Shown here: piece by piece, positions 50,445 through 62,614 of the stretch
Position numbering within the stretch: the first letter of the stretch is position 1
Layout: every line of letters begins with the position of its first letter
Assembly (NCBI GenBank): GCA_002269645.1
Contig: NIVC01002971.1
Coordinates: forward strand, 64,287 to 128,286
Length of the DNA stretch: 64,000 nt
Origin: Macrostomum lignano
Taxonomy: Eukaryota
Reading direction: 5' to 3'
The notes under the pieces: model-generated
The model's database searches: none
What the model was told of the DNA's origin: nothing
The model's input: only the letters and a program-made list of their open reading frames with translations
Translations under genes and position numbers: made by a program

Positions 50445-52513
50445 GCAATGGGGGGTTAACTGGAAGAGAGAACTCCAGGCAACGGCCAAAGCCACGAGCG
50501 GCGCTAGCCGCGAGTGGAAATTTGGCCGTTGCCTGGAGTTCTCTCTTCCAGTTAACTTCATTGCAGGAAATATCTATGGCACGAATCGAAGTGGCCCAGA
50601 AGGAGGAGGCACAAACGTCTATGGCACGAAAGCCAAAAGGCGTGGAGAGTTCATGGCAATGACAATCCTATTGATTGAATGGAGGGTTGAAATGTCTATG
50701 GCAAAACTTTCAGTGGGGGTGAAGGGGTTTGTGTGAGGGATTCCCCGGCAGTAAGTAGTCTGTCCAAACCTGTTGATTCAAGAGTTTTCTGTCCATCATG
50801 AGCGACCCGATAATACATTATATTAATTGGGGTAACCTCCCGTGTGAGGACCTCGGCAACATCACGCAGGATGAACTGAACTTCCTCTCGGAATCCTCTG
50901 CCGTTGATCGGCACGACGAAGATTTCGATGCGTTCCTGAAGTATGTCCAAAATGGTCCAGCTGATACTGGGCTGCCAATGATCGATGGAGATGAAAAGAT
51001 AGACGTTTCCGAGATGGACAGAATCGAGATCGAGAGTCTGCCTGAGGATACTCGGAAGCAGATGTACCAGCATGGCCAACGTTTTCGAGACTTCCTGGAA
51101 GGGGAGAATCTGCGCAACATTCAGCATGTCAAAAATCCTACATTGAACCAATATCTTCGGTACTTCTACTTCAAGCTGAAGAAACAGGATGGCTCGTTCT
51201 ACTCGCCGGCCTCTCTCATCTGTATCCGGGCTGGAATTCAGCGTTTCCTACGCATGGTTCTGAAGCTGCCTGTCGATATAATCGGTGGTGAGGAATTCAA
51301 TTCCTGCAACGAGATGCTGCGTGTCAAGGTTCGTGATTTCCATCGAGATGGTGGCTGCACCAGGCAGTATGAACCAATTGAAGAAGGCGACATGCAGAAG
51401 TTGCGGTGCTACTTTGAAGGGACTACGGCTGAAATCGAGCAGGCTAAATTTCTGTTCTATGTTCTTTACTCCTTTGGAGAGCGTGGCCAGGAGCATCTGA
51501 AGTTCCTGAGACAAAGGGACTCGCTTGAATTGCACACGGATTCTGACGGCAAAGAGTACTACTGTCTTCCTGCTCTGCCAACGAAGAATAAGTCAGCCGA
51601 TCCTGTGAAGGCGAAGGCCAGGCCGGACAACAAACAAGCTCGGATCTACGACACGGCCAAAGTGAGGAGATATCTACAACTGCTACCTCCAACAACCAAG
51701 GACAACCATCTGTTCCCGCGTCCACTATCCAACACGGATTCCAATGGACAGCCTATGTTCTCAACAAAGCAGAATCGCGGGGAGAACTACTTCCTGCGTT
51801 TCATGCGAAACTTGAGCGAGAAGGCCGGTTTGTCCAAGATGTACACGAATCATTGCATTCGGTAAGCCTTTTTCTTCATATTGCTTTAAACCAGTTGCAT
51901 ATTTTCTATGCAATACTTTATTTCTGTTGTAGAGTGAGCAGGATTGCTGATCTAGAGGCTGCTGGGTACAACCTGGCTGACATCATGTCGATAACCGGTC
52001 AGGTTTCTGAGAGGACAACTCGCCGTTACCTGTCCAAGCGCCGTGATCGCTCGCTGCAGTCTACCAGTGAGGCTGTTTCTATGGCACTTGATTTGAATGG
52101 TTCTTCACAAGCTGTTGCGACTCCATTGCGTGAGAGTTCACCGGTGCCAGTACCTGTGTCGTCTTCCGTGCAGATCACCGGCATCAGTCATGACAATCCG
52201 TCGGTCAGGTACAGTTTCCACAACTGTTCATTCAATGGCTGCAAATTTGAGTAATGGACTCAACCGTCGTATTTTCTGGACTTTCTCCTGCTGTCGTGAT
52301 GAGAACATGACCATAGGTTAGACTTGCACTCAATTGACTAAGCAGTGTTATTGTTGGAACATTTTTTGTTGGACAAAAAAAAATATAAGAATTTCACGCT
52401 TCGTGTTACTTTTTTCGCCTATGGTATTGTTGTCCAGTCTTGTTTTTTTACCTCCAGAAAATGGCCGGTCATTGTCCGGAGGTCATTGCCATGAACAAAT
52501 ATTTCGGGCAATG
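50445..52513 (+). mobile_element. Crypton-like tyrosine-recombinase DNA transposon, apparently full length (ends inferred)
   Basis: GCAATG direct repeat at 50445-50450 and 52508-52513; perfect 36-bp inverted arms at 50455-50490 and 50521-50556; TCTATGGC motifs; YR gene. An alternative left end exists at 50240-50247 (GGCAATGT). Confidence 0.7.
50798..52254 (+). CDS. Crypton-type tyrosine recombinase (DUF3504/CryptonA-like), join(50798-51861, 51933-52254), 461 aa
   Basis: A 71-bp GTAAGC...TAG intron joins NHCIR|VSRI. Catalytic set: R in FGERGQEH, K in TKNK, HxxR (NHCIR), GH position read as TGQ, Tyr in RRYL. Also YFYFKLKKQDGSFYSPASLICIRAGIQRFL and a C-terminal FHNCSF, typical of CryptonA/KCTD1/ZMYM-type domains. 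Confidence 0.88.
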
Positions 52514-52844
52514 CAATACAACCCTACTAAATTAGTCACACCATGGAAATGGAAATTTTAACATTAAGTTTCACTCAAAGGTACTTTAAAATTTACATGG
52601 CCTTTTACGAAATGCGCATTTCCTTGGTTGTTAGACCGATGCAGACTGCAGTGGAGCTGGAGATACACAAATTTCTCCTTGGGCTGCAAATTGGCCAGAA
52701 AGATGACGTGATCAAAGCATGAGATTGAGAACAACCATGGAGTACTAAGTTTCACAAGCTGGCTTTCGTATCAGGGATGGGCAGAATTTTACCTCAAAGG
52801 CCAGATAAAGAATCCAACTCATGGCTGCGGGCCAGATGAGACTG

Positions 52845-54350
52845 GAAAGGAGACGAAAAAGACGATTCGAAAAGAGGAGAGGAGAGAGACGGGATATAAG
52901 AAAAGATAAAAGACAGAGGGGAGAAGGGAGAGAGTGGTGATAAGAGAGTGGAGATACTCAGATGAGCGAGCAGAGAGGAGAGAAGAGATAAGACAGGAGA
53001 GAGGAGAAAGGATAAATGAGAGAGTAAATGGAAGAGGAGGAGAGAGAAGAGATAAGACAGGAGAGAGGAGAAAGGATAAATGAGAGAGTAAATGGAAGAG
53101 GAGGAGAGAGAAGAGATAATATTGTAGAGATGAGAGAGATGAAGGGAGAGATGAGAGAGTAGAGATGAGAGATGAAGGAAGGGAGAGGAGAGAGAAGAGA
53201 GGAGAAGGGGGAGAGTATAGAACAGGGAAGAGAAGAGAGAAGAGGAGAAAGGAAAGAGAAGAGTCAGAAGAGGGGAAAGAGAAGAGTACACATGAGAGAG
53301 GGGAGAAGAGAGATGAGAGGAGAGAGAAGAGAGGAGGCATGAGAGAGGAGAGAGTAGAGAGAAGAGATAAGAGAGGAAAGATTAGAGAGCAGAGGGGTGA
53401 GAGGAGAGAGCAGAGACAAGAGAGGAAAGATGAGAGAGCACAGAGAGATAGAGAAGAGAGGAGAGACGAGAGACAAAGGGAGAGAGAAGTGGAGTGAGGA
53501 CAGAGGAGAGGAGAGAAGAGAGAAGATGGGAGAGAGAATCGTGAGGACAAGGGAGAGGTGGAGGGAGAGAGAGGAAAGAGAAGAGGGGAGAGAGTAGAGG
53601 GGAGAAAAGAGAGATGAGAGGACAGAGAGATAACATGATAGATGAGAGAGTAAGGAAGAGAAAGTAGAGAGAATAGAGAATAGAGAAGAGATGAGACAGG
53701 AAAGAGTAGAAAGGAGAGAGGCTCAAAACAAGAGTGGAGAGAGTAGAGAGATGGTAGGAGAGAAGAAAGAGGAGAGAGGAGAGAAGAGGGAAGTGTTGAG
53801 AGAAGAGAGAGTCAGGTGTGAGAAGAGGGGAGAGAGAAAAGAGAGGAGATAAGAGAGCAGAGATAAAAGAGGAGAAAGGAGAAATGAGAGAGCAGAGACG
53901 AGAGAGATGAGAGAGAAGAGGGGAGAGATGAAAGGAGAGAGGAGAGAGGAGAGAGGAGAGGAGAGAAGAGAGGAGAGAGAGAGAGAGAAGGGAGAAGAGA
54001 GGAGAGAAGAGGGGAGAGATGAGAGGAGAGAAGAGAGGAGAGAGAGAGAGAGAAGGGAGAAGAGAGGAGAGAAGAGGGGAGAGATGAGAGGAGAGAGAAG
54101 AGAGGAGAGAGGAGAGGAGAGAAGAGAGGAGAGAGAGAGAGAAGGGAGAAGAGAGGAGAGAAGAGGGGAGAGATGAGAGGAGAGAGAAGAGAGGAGGGGG
54201 AAAAGACGAGGGAAGAGGGGAGAGAGGAGAGAGAAAATATGAGAAAAGAGATAAGATGAGATGAGAGAGCAGAGACGAGAGGGAAGAGAGGAGAGAGAAG
54301 ACATGAGAGACGAGAGGAGGGAGAAGAGAGGAAACAGAAGAAAAGATAGA
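52845..54350. repeat. GA-rich low-complexity tract
   Basis: Directly visible. Confidence 0.9.
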
Positions 54351-55104
54351 AGTTTCAAAGGATCCAAGGGATATAGAGAGAGGCAGAGGCAGATGCCAGT
54401 TGCCAATGCACGTTTTAAACAGACATTGCCTGACATACTGCCAACAAGATCAATGCTTGTCTCAAAATTTAATTTTACACGAATTTACTCCATTTTATGT
54501 TTTCCTCTATCTTAACTATTAACAGGTTTTTGTTTGAGTATGGCCTCAGATTTCAGAATACATGCAAAAATAGTTCCAGGGATTGGAATTCCGCCGGGTT
54601 CAAAATCCGCGTGTTTCAACAGCTTGTCTTACAACTAATAAAAGTGCACACGCATCCTATCACTGACCCAGTAATGCTCGACTATATTTTAGCGAATGTA
54701 GACTTTATAGTGTTGAATTGACTCTACCTGCGTTGACAGATGAGAAAGTTCGAGATCACGAAGCGCCATGGAAGGTAGAGTCTAATTTATTACCTGTAAT
54801 TTGCAAAGGCTCAGAAACCTTAAGGTCAACCTATTTATTTTATCCACCAAAATAGACTGAATTCCAAGCAATGGTTGAAATCAGGGAAATACCAGAGAGC
54901 CTGCAGTTACTTAATTATAACTGTTGCAAGTTGAGAGGCCACGTGCTACACACCTCGCAAAAGATTTGCAAGATTTTGTTTTCAAAGCTGCTATTTATGG
55001 CTCAAAACCATGTCTGATGTCTAATTAAGGACTGAAGATTGACACTTTATATCATAACTTGCCCTCAGCGCTCCCATTTCTCTTGCCATTCCTCCCATCC
55101 GCCC

Positions 55105-57175
55105 CTCTGCGTCCCAGCTATCAGCCCTCATTCCTCCCAGCTATCTGCCCCATTCCTCCTAGCTATCTGCCCCATTCCTCCAGCTATCAGCCCTCATTCC
55201 TCCCAGCTATCTGCCCCATTCCTCCTAGCTATCTGCCCCATTCCTCCCAGCTATCAGCCCTCATTCCTCCTAGCTATCTGCCCCATTCCTCCTAGCTATC
55301 TGCCCCATTCCTCCTAGCTATCCGCCCCCATTCCTCTCAGCTATCCGCCCCATTCCTCCCAGCTATCTACCCCATTCCTCCTAGCTATCCGCCCCCATTC
55401 CTCCCAGCTATCTGCCCCATTCCTCCTAGCTATCCGCCCCCATTCCTCCCAGCTATCTGCCCCATTCCTCCTAGCTATCCGCCCCCATTCCTCCCAGCTA
55501 TCTGCCCCATTCCTCCTAGCTATCCGCCCCCATTCCTCTCAGCTATCCGCCCCATTCCTCTCAGCTATCCGCCCCATTCCTCTCAGCTATCCGCCCCCAT
55601 TCCTCTCAGCTATCCGCCCCCATTCCTCTCAGCTATCCGCCCCCATTCCTCTCAGCTATCCGCCCCATTCCTCCCAACTATCTGCCCCATTCCTCCCAGC
55701 TATCCACCCCCATTCCTCCCAGCTATCTGCCCCATTCCTCCCAGCTATCTGCCCCATTCCTCCCAGCTATCTACCCCATTCCTCCTAGCTATCCGCCCCC
55801 ATTCCTCCCAGCTATCTGCCCCATTCCTCCTAGCTATCCGCCCCCATTCCTCCCAGCTATCTGCCCCATTCCTCCTAGCTATCCGCCCCCATTCCTCCCA
55901 GCTATCTGCCCCATTCCTCCCAGCTATCTGCCCCATTCCTCCCAGCTATCTGCCCCATTCCTCCTAGCTATCTGCCCCATTCCTCCTAGCTATCTGCCCC
56001 ATTCCTCCCAGCTATCCGCCCCATTCCTCCCAGCTATCCGCCCCCATTCCTCCCAGCTATCTGCCCCATTCCTCTCAGCTATCCGCCCCCATTCCTCTCA
56101 GCTATCCGCCCCCATTCCTCCCAGCTATCTGCCCCATTCCTCCTAGCTATCCGCCCCCATTCCTCTCAGCTATCCGCCCCATTCCTCCCAGCTATCTGCC
56201 CCATTCCTCCCAGCTATCCACCCCCATTCCTCCCAGCTATCTGCCCCATTCCTCCCAGCTATCTGCCCCATTCCTCCCAGCTATCTGCCCCATTCCTCCT
56301 AGCTATCTGCCCCATTCCTCCTAGCTATCTGCCCCATTCCTCCCAGCTATCTGCCCCCTTCCTCCTAGCTATCTGCCACATTCCTCTCAGCTATCCGCCC
56401 CCATTCCTCCCAGCTATCCGCCCCCATTCCTCCTAGCTATCCGCCCCCATTCCTCCCAGCTATCTGCCCCCTTCCTCTCAGCTATCCGCCCATTCCTCTC
56501 AGCTATCCGCCCCATTCCTCTCAGCTATCCGCCCCCATTCCTCTCAGCTATCCGCCCCCATTCCTCCCAGCTATCTGCCCCATTCCTCCTAGCTATCCGC
56601 CCCCATTCCTCTCAGCTATCCGCCCCATTCCTCCCAACTATCTGCCCCATTCCTCCCAGCTATCCACCCCCATTCCTCCCAGCTATCTGCCCCATTCCTC
56701 CCAGCTATCTGCCCCATTCCTCCTAGCTATCTGCCCCATTCCTCCCAGCTATCCGCCCCCATTCCTCCCAGCTATCTGCCCCATTCCTCCCAGCTATCTG
56801 CCCCATTTCTCCCAGCTATCCGCCCCCATTCCTCTCAGCTATCCGCCCCCATTTTTCTCAGCTATCCGCCCCCATTCCTCCCAGCTATCCACCCCCATTC
56901 CTCTCAGCTATCCGCCCCCATTCCTCTCAGCTATCTGCCCCATTCCTCCCAGCTATCTGCCCCATTCCTCCCAGCTATCTGCCCCATTCCTCCCAGCTAT
57001 CTGCCCCATTTCTCCCAGCTATCCGCCCCCATTCCTCCCAGCTATCCACCCCCATTCCTCTCAGCTATCCGCCCCATTCCTCTCAGCTATCCGCCCCCAT
57101 TCCTCTCAGCTATCCGCCCCCATTCCTCTCAGCTATCCGCCCCCATTCCTTCCAGCTATCCGCCCCATGCGCCCC
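55105..57175. repeat. ~2-kb 22/23-bp minisatellite (CCAGCTATCTGCCCCATTCCTC / CTAGCTATCCGCCCCCATTCCTC)n
   Basis: Directly visible. Confidence 0.95.
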
Positions 57176-57799
57176 AGCTTATTGTGTATACTTTAAGTAG
57201 AATAGAATTGAATATCGGATTATTATATGAATATAATATTCCGACTCTATGACGTCAATACATGACTCGAAGCAAAGGTCACGGACAAAAAAATGAGGCA
57301 AGAGGAACAGAGGGTATTTGCACAGTACAAGATTCGCAAACAAGTGTGTTAGTAGAAGTTCATGAAGCAAAGAAGCCCCAACACACATCTGCTTCCGTAG
57401 CCGTGTGAGCAGTGAGAACAGTTTTAAAAACGTAGCTTTAGATGAAGCCGCATCTCACAGGTGAATTTCATGCATCCAGCGGGCAATGTTGCCTCCCCAC
57501 CTCTCACTCGCCTGTCCTACAGAAATTCGCTATCTTTCAAAGCAAGAGGCGGCTGAGATTGTAGCGAAGGAAACCTCGGGTCGACTGCTCCGTTGCTCAA
57601 TCTGCAAGTTGCGTGCGCGACAGACGGAAGCTTCTGGCAGCATGAAGATGGGCAGTTGCTGAAGACGTCACAGACAGCTAGCATTAGCTTTAACTAGATG
57701 CAACTGCTGTTCATGTGTGCAATATGATGTTTTATTTATCATATTTTGCAAGACTTTATGACAACGCTCTATTTCATTTAAATTAAAAAATTAAAAAAC

Positions 57800-58115
<316 letters not shown>

Positions 58116-59102
58116 GTAGGGCACGGTCACAATTCAGACATGCTCTGCGCATTTTTTGCAACAAAATCATTAAATTTGGAAGCGCAAAAGTGAACTGGAG
58201 ATGCGACAAAATATAAATAAGATAATTTTTCTTATCGAGATTATACGGTAGTCGGTTTCGCGGCATGCTACTCAAGCTACTTGGCAAAGTAGTCTAAATG
58301 GAATCGCTTATGAAATATTTTTGAAAACATACTATTTATTTCACCATATTTAATCATGCCTTTAGTTTCAACTTAAAAAAATTGTTTTAATTCGTATGAT
58401 TTCAATGGTCCTTGACTTTCAGATTGAACGTCCTGTTTTATCTGACATGAGCTAATCATCAGTCTTCCCTGAGCACAGCGCTGAGTAGAGTTTCGCCATA
58501 GACAAAACTTTGGTCGGGAAAAAACTGCGACCGCGACTTCTGACTGTTCTGCCAGCTCAACGACGTCATCAGCCTCCTAATGCAACGCTATTCCCATTTT
58601 TTTGCTCTAAAATATGTGAAAGACACAGTGCCGTGTCCAGGATTATCCATTGGGGGATCCATTCCATATCCATATCCATCCAAGGACCTTATTTGGGGTT
58701 GCAACAAAGTTCGCCTCTGCGAACGCCACTGAAAAGAAAAAACCCCCTCTCGTACACCCGTTGCTATACGGTTTGCGAAGCGGCCTGGGTTGTATTGCAT
58801 TTTCTTTGTACATGTGCCTTAAGTTAGTGTAGTAGCGCTGAATGTGTTTGTACATTTAAAAAAGAGAACTTCAGTTTTTACGCTAGGGAGTGTACTGTGC
58901 CAAGTGTACACTTTACTGTCCGACCGCATATACTACATGTACTTCTCTATTCCCGCTCTGCTCTCCCTTCCCCCCTCCCCCAGTTCGTGTGTACACTGCA
59001 CAGTGCATAAAACCCGGCCCTTCATGGAATTGCCGCGGGTTTTCCTTCGTTTAATAAAACCGTAGCAAGAATTAAGCTTTAATATTATTAAAAACTGCTG
59101 AT

Positions 59103-59849
59103 ATGGCTTCGCCTCTGTCAGGCCATGAGATCCAAATGGACTATTCTCAATGGGAGAATCGGCTGCAGTCCATCGCAGCTCACTGGTACCCGCAGTACAT
59201 TCAGCCATGTCAGCTGGCTGACAGCGGCTTCTATGCTCTTCCCAACAGCCAGGGCGAAGCCACTTGCTTCAGTTGCGGCTGCAGTATCAGCGACTGGTCC
59301 CGCCACACCAACGCCTGGCTGCCACACGCCCTGCGGTCTCCTCAGTGCCAGCATCTCCGCCTGCAGCTGGACCAACGGCCTGACATCCTGCTGGAGTTCA
59401 TCGTGCGCCCGATGCTGCAGCAGCCCCGACAGGACCAGCTCATCTGGTCCCTGCTCACCGGTCTAAGCACCGAAACAGCTCAGACTCTGGCGGCGAACCC
59501 TCGGGCTGCCGAGCTGCTGCAGCTCCGTCAACAGCCCACAGAGGCTCAGCGGTTGCGAAGCCTCGGAGATGAGCAGCTGCCGCAGCAGGCCAGAGACCTA
59601 GCGGCGAAGTGCGCCGTCTTCAACCGGCCAGCCCAGTTTCCCGGCTTCGAAACCGCGGACGAAGTCAAGATGCCCGCCGGTCTGGAATGTCGGATCTGCT
59701 TCGCCCAGCCGCTGCAGGTTCTCCTGCTGCCGTGCGGGCATCTCTGCTGCTGCCGGAGCTGCTTCGGCCGGATCAGCATGGAACAGCGGGCCAGGTGTCC
59801 GATCTGCAGAGCTCACCTGGATGCTCACCTGAGTGTCCGAATCACCTAG
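59103..59849 (+). CDS. Inhibitor-of-apoptosis (IAP) family protein, one BIR plus C-terminal RING, intronless, 248 aa
   Basis: BIR: RLQS..W...LADSGFY...CFSC-x16-H-x6-C. RING: CRICFAQPLQVLLLPCGHLCCCRSC...CPICR. Confidence 0.92.
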   Translation: MASPLSGHEIQMDYSQWENRLQSIAAHWYPQYIQPCQLADSGFYALPNSQGEATCFSCGCSISDWSRHTNAWLPHALRSPQCQHLRLQLDQRPDILLEFIVRPMLQQPRQDQLIWSLLTGLSTETAQTLAANPRAAELLQLRQQPTEAQRLRSLGDEQLPQQARDLAAKCAVFNRPAQFPGFETADEVKMPAGLECRICFAQPLQVLLLPCGHLCCCRSCFGRISMEQRARCPICRAHLDAHLSVRIT

Positions 59850-60814
59850 GAATTATATCTCTGTACACAAAACATTTTTGTGTTTTTTGCAAAGCATAAA
59901 TATAAAGGTGCAGATTTGTAAATACCGATTCAATTTTTACATAATGTTGTTGTTTTTAAAATTTTATTGAAAAAAAATGAAATGCAGACTATATTATATA
60001 AAATAATATTTGTAAAAGTTGAGTTGATAGGTCAATCTGAATTGCAGGCTGCAGGAAAGCAAGCTTCAAAACTTCTAGTACCTTGTAGACAGACGAAGCA
60101 ATTCAAGCAGTGAAAGAAAGACAGGCAGCCCTGCAATGGCATAGAGAGAGAAAAACCTCAATTCGCATACATTGGGCTACGTTAGATCAACGTATATTGC
60201 AGCTAAACTATACCACGCAAAAATAACAAAAAATAGAAGTCCCGAGACTTACCGCGTGACTCAGTTGGTAGGCAGAACCGGTTTAAACCGGTTTCGCTGT
60301 CTGAGTTTTCAGTTTGCCATGCAGACAAGAGCAGCTACAAGGTAGCACCGATTTAGAAAGTGCGTGAGCTCTCTGGGCATTTCAGCTGCCCTGCACCACT
60401 TCTGTCTTCTGGCCTGGCTCACAATTCCGCGGCAGGTTTTATGAATAGTTGTCTTAGCTGGCTTAGCCATGGAACTGCTCGGGAAAGCCTCCGGTTGCAC
60501 GCTTCAACCCGTACTAACCAAGGCTGATTTTCCGCGGCAATTCCATGGCAATTCCGGCACATAGCTCGTACAATTAATTACCTGGTATTACTGAAAAATA
60601 TATAAACCTTCTTTCCAAAAGGGAACCCCGTGGAATTGCCTCGGGAATAACGTGACTCGTGCAAATGCATACGTTGGATGCAACTTTCTGCGCGAAAATA
60701 CAATTTGCAGTTCATTTCGAGCACTCCAGACCCCACGCTCCACATCAGATGATTTGCTAACCATCAAGCAAGAGCTTACCTTACAGCTTACCTGCTCACT
60801 TGCTCACAGATACT

Positions 60815-61178
<364 letters not shown>

Positions 61179-61183
61179 CTCAC

Positions 61184-61485
61184 CAGTAGGCACGCAGGGC
61201 GAGCCGCCGGAACCCAGCGGCCGGGGAAGCCACCGCAGCCGGCCAGTCCCGGACTGTCCAGCCACCAGCCGCTGCTGCCGTTGCCGGAGCCCCGGCTGCA
61301 GTTCAGCGTCACCGCGGCGGACTCGCTGCCGCAGCCGGAGAACCGGAGTCCGGGCCGGCAGCCGAGCCGGTAGTGCCGGCCAGGCAGGGAGAATTCTGGG
61401 AACTCGGCCAGCTGCGGATTGTCGGACAGGTCCAGCCCTGCCGACAGCAGCCAGCTGGCCTGGGAGCCCCGGCAGGCGGAGGCCT
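61184..61485 (-). CDS. Internal exon of an unidentified minus-strand gene encoding a Cys-rich, CCP/sushi-like module; a possible small upstream exon lies at ~62046-62087
   Basis: CAG acceptor at 61486-61488 and GTGAG donor at 61183. Open GC-rich frame: ASAC...[25 protein letters not shown]...GWW...W..ARPACLL. Confidence 0.5.
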
Positions 61486-61529
61486 CTGCGATTTGGGGAG
61501 CGAATTTGCTTTTGATTGTGTTCCCACAC

Positions 61530-61980
61530 TATCAATCCACACTATCAATCCCACCCTACAATCCCACCCTATCAATCCACCCTATCAATCCACCCTATCA
61601 ATCCCACCTATCAATCCACACTAGCAATACCATCCTATAATCCCCCTACCTTACTAGGTTACTAGCATTCTGGTGCTAAAGCCATTTGGTGCTAAAGCCC
61701 CTTGGAGCCAAAGCCCCTTGGAGCCAAAGCGCCCTTGGTGTTAAAGCCCCCTTGGTGCTAAAGCCCCTTGGAGCCAAAGCCCCTTGGTGCTAAAGCCCCT
61801 TGGTGCTAAAGCCCCTTGGAGCCAAAGCCCCTTGGAGCCAAAGCCCCTTGGTGTTAAAGCCCCTTGGTGCTAAAGCCCCTTGGTGCCAAAGCCCCTTGGT
61901 GCCAAAGCCCTTGGTGCCAAAGCCCCTTGGAGCCAAAGCCCCTTGGTGCTAAAGCCCTTGTAGCCAAAGCCCCTTGGAGC
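61530..61980. repeat. Adjacent short arrays: 14-bp (CTATCAATCCACC/C)n at 61530-61625 and 16-bp (AAAGCCCCTTGGTGCT / AAAGCCCCTTGGAGCC)n at 61670-61980
   Basis: Directly visible. Confidence 0.85.
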
Positions 61981-62614
61981 TACAACCCCCTAAAACGGCG
62001 TCCCCAAGATGGCGAGCCCTAGTTGGTTACTGGCGCCCCTCTAACCTGACTCAGCTGCGGGGGGGGGGGGCTCGGGGCATCGGACTCTGACCATGACTTG
62101 ACGCCACAATTAAAGAATACTGCTGTGTTAAATGGTCTAATTCAGGCAACAAAATAAAGCTTCACAGATTTCAGAGATAGGTATGTAAATATTAGATGAA
62201 GATAGCTGCAGCTAGAAGCATTCGCAAGCCTACTGCCAGAATAGAAGTGAAACCATAAGGCCACAAGAGAGACGTAGTTGCAAATGTTTTGCTTAGAAAA
62301 AAGTAAGATAGAATCGCTGCAAACTTGTTTTAGTCTGCTTTCATGCGCCACTTGCTTCTCCGACTTACCAGGCTAAAAATAGAAATGACGCTTTTTTAGA
62401 ATTTTTGGCACAGTTTAAGTGAAGTTTGGCTGAACTAAACAGCTCATTTACTTTGGAAATGAAAATTTACTACATACGAGACTACTGATACTAGTATGTA
62501 TGGTATTATATTTGAGATTTCCATGTCTTTTCCAAAGCAAGGAGTCAAAAATTATGGAATGATCAAAATATCTCCTACCACCTTGGAAAGGAGGATAGAG
62601 GAAGAGAGTTGTAG

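Noticed and set aside
52772-52840. CAGGGATGGGCA...GCGGGCCAGAT, resembling a hAT-type MITE left end
   Set aside because: No convincing right terminal repeat or 8-bp TSD was found past the GA tract.
60252-60293. tRNA-like A-box (GACTCAGTTGGTAG) followed by the 18-bp palindrome AACCGGTTTAAACCGGTT
   Set aside because: No B-box or cloverleaf; at most a SINE-head fragment, and no second copy in the window.
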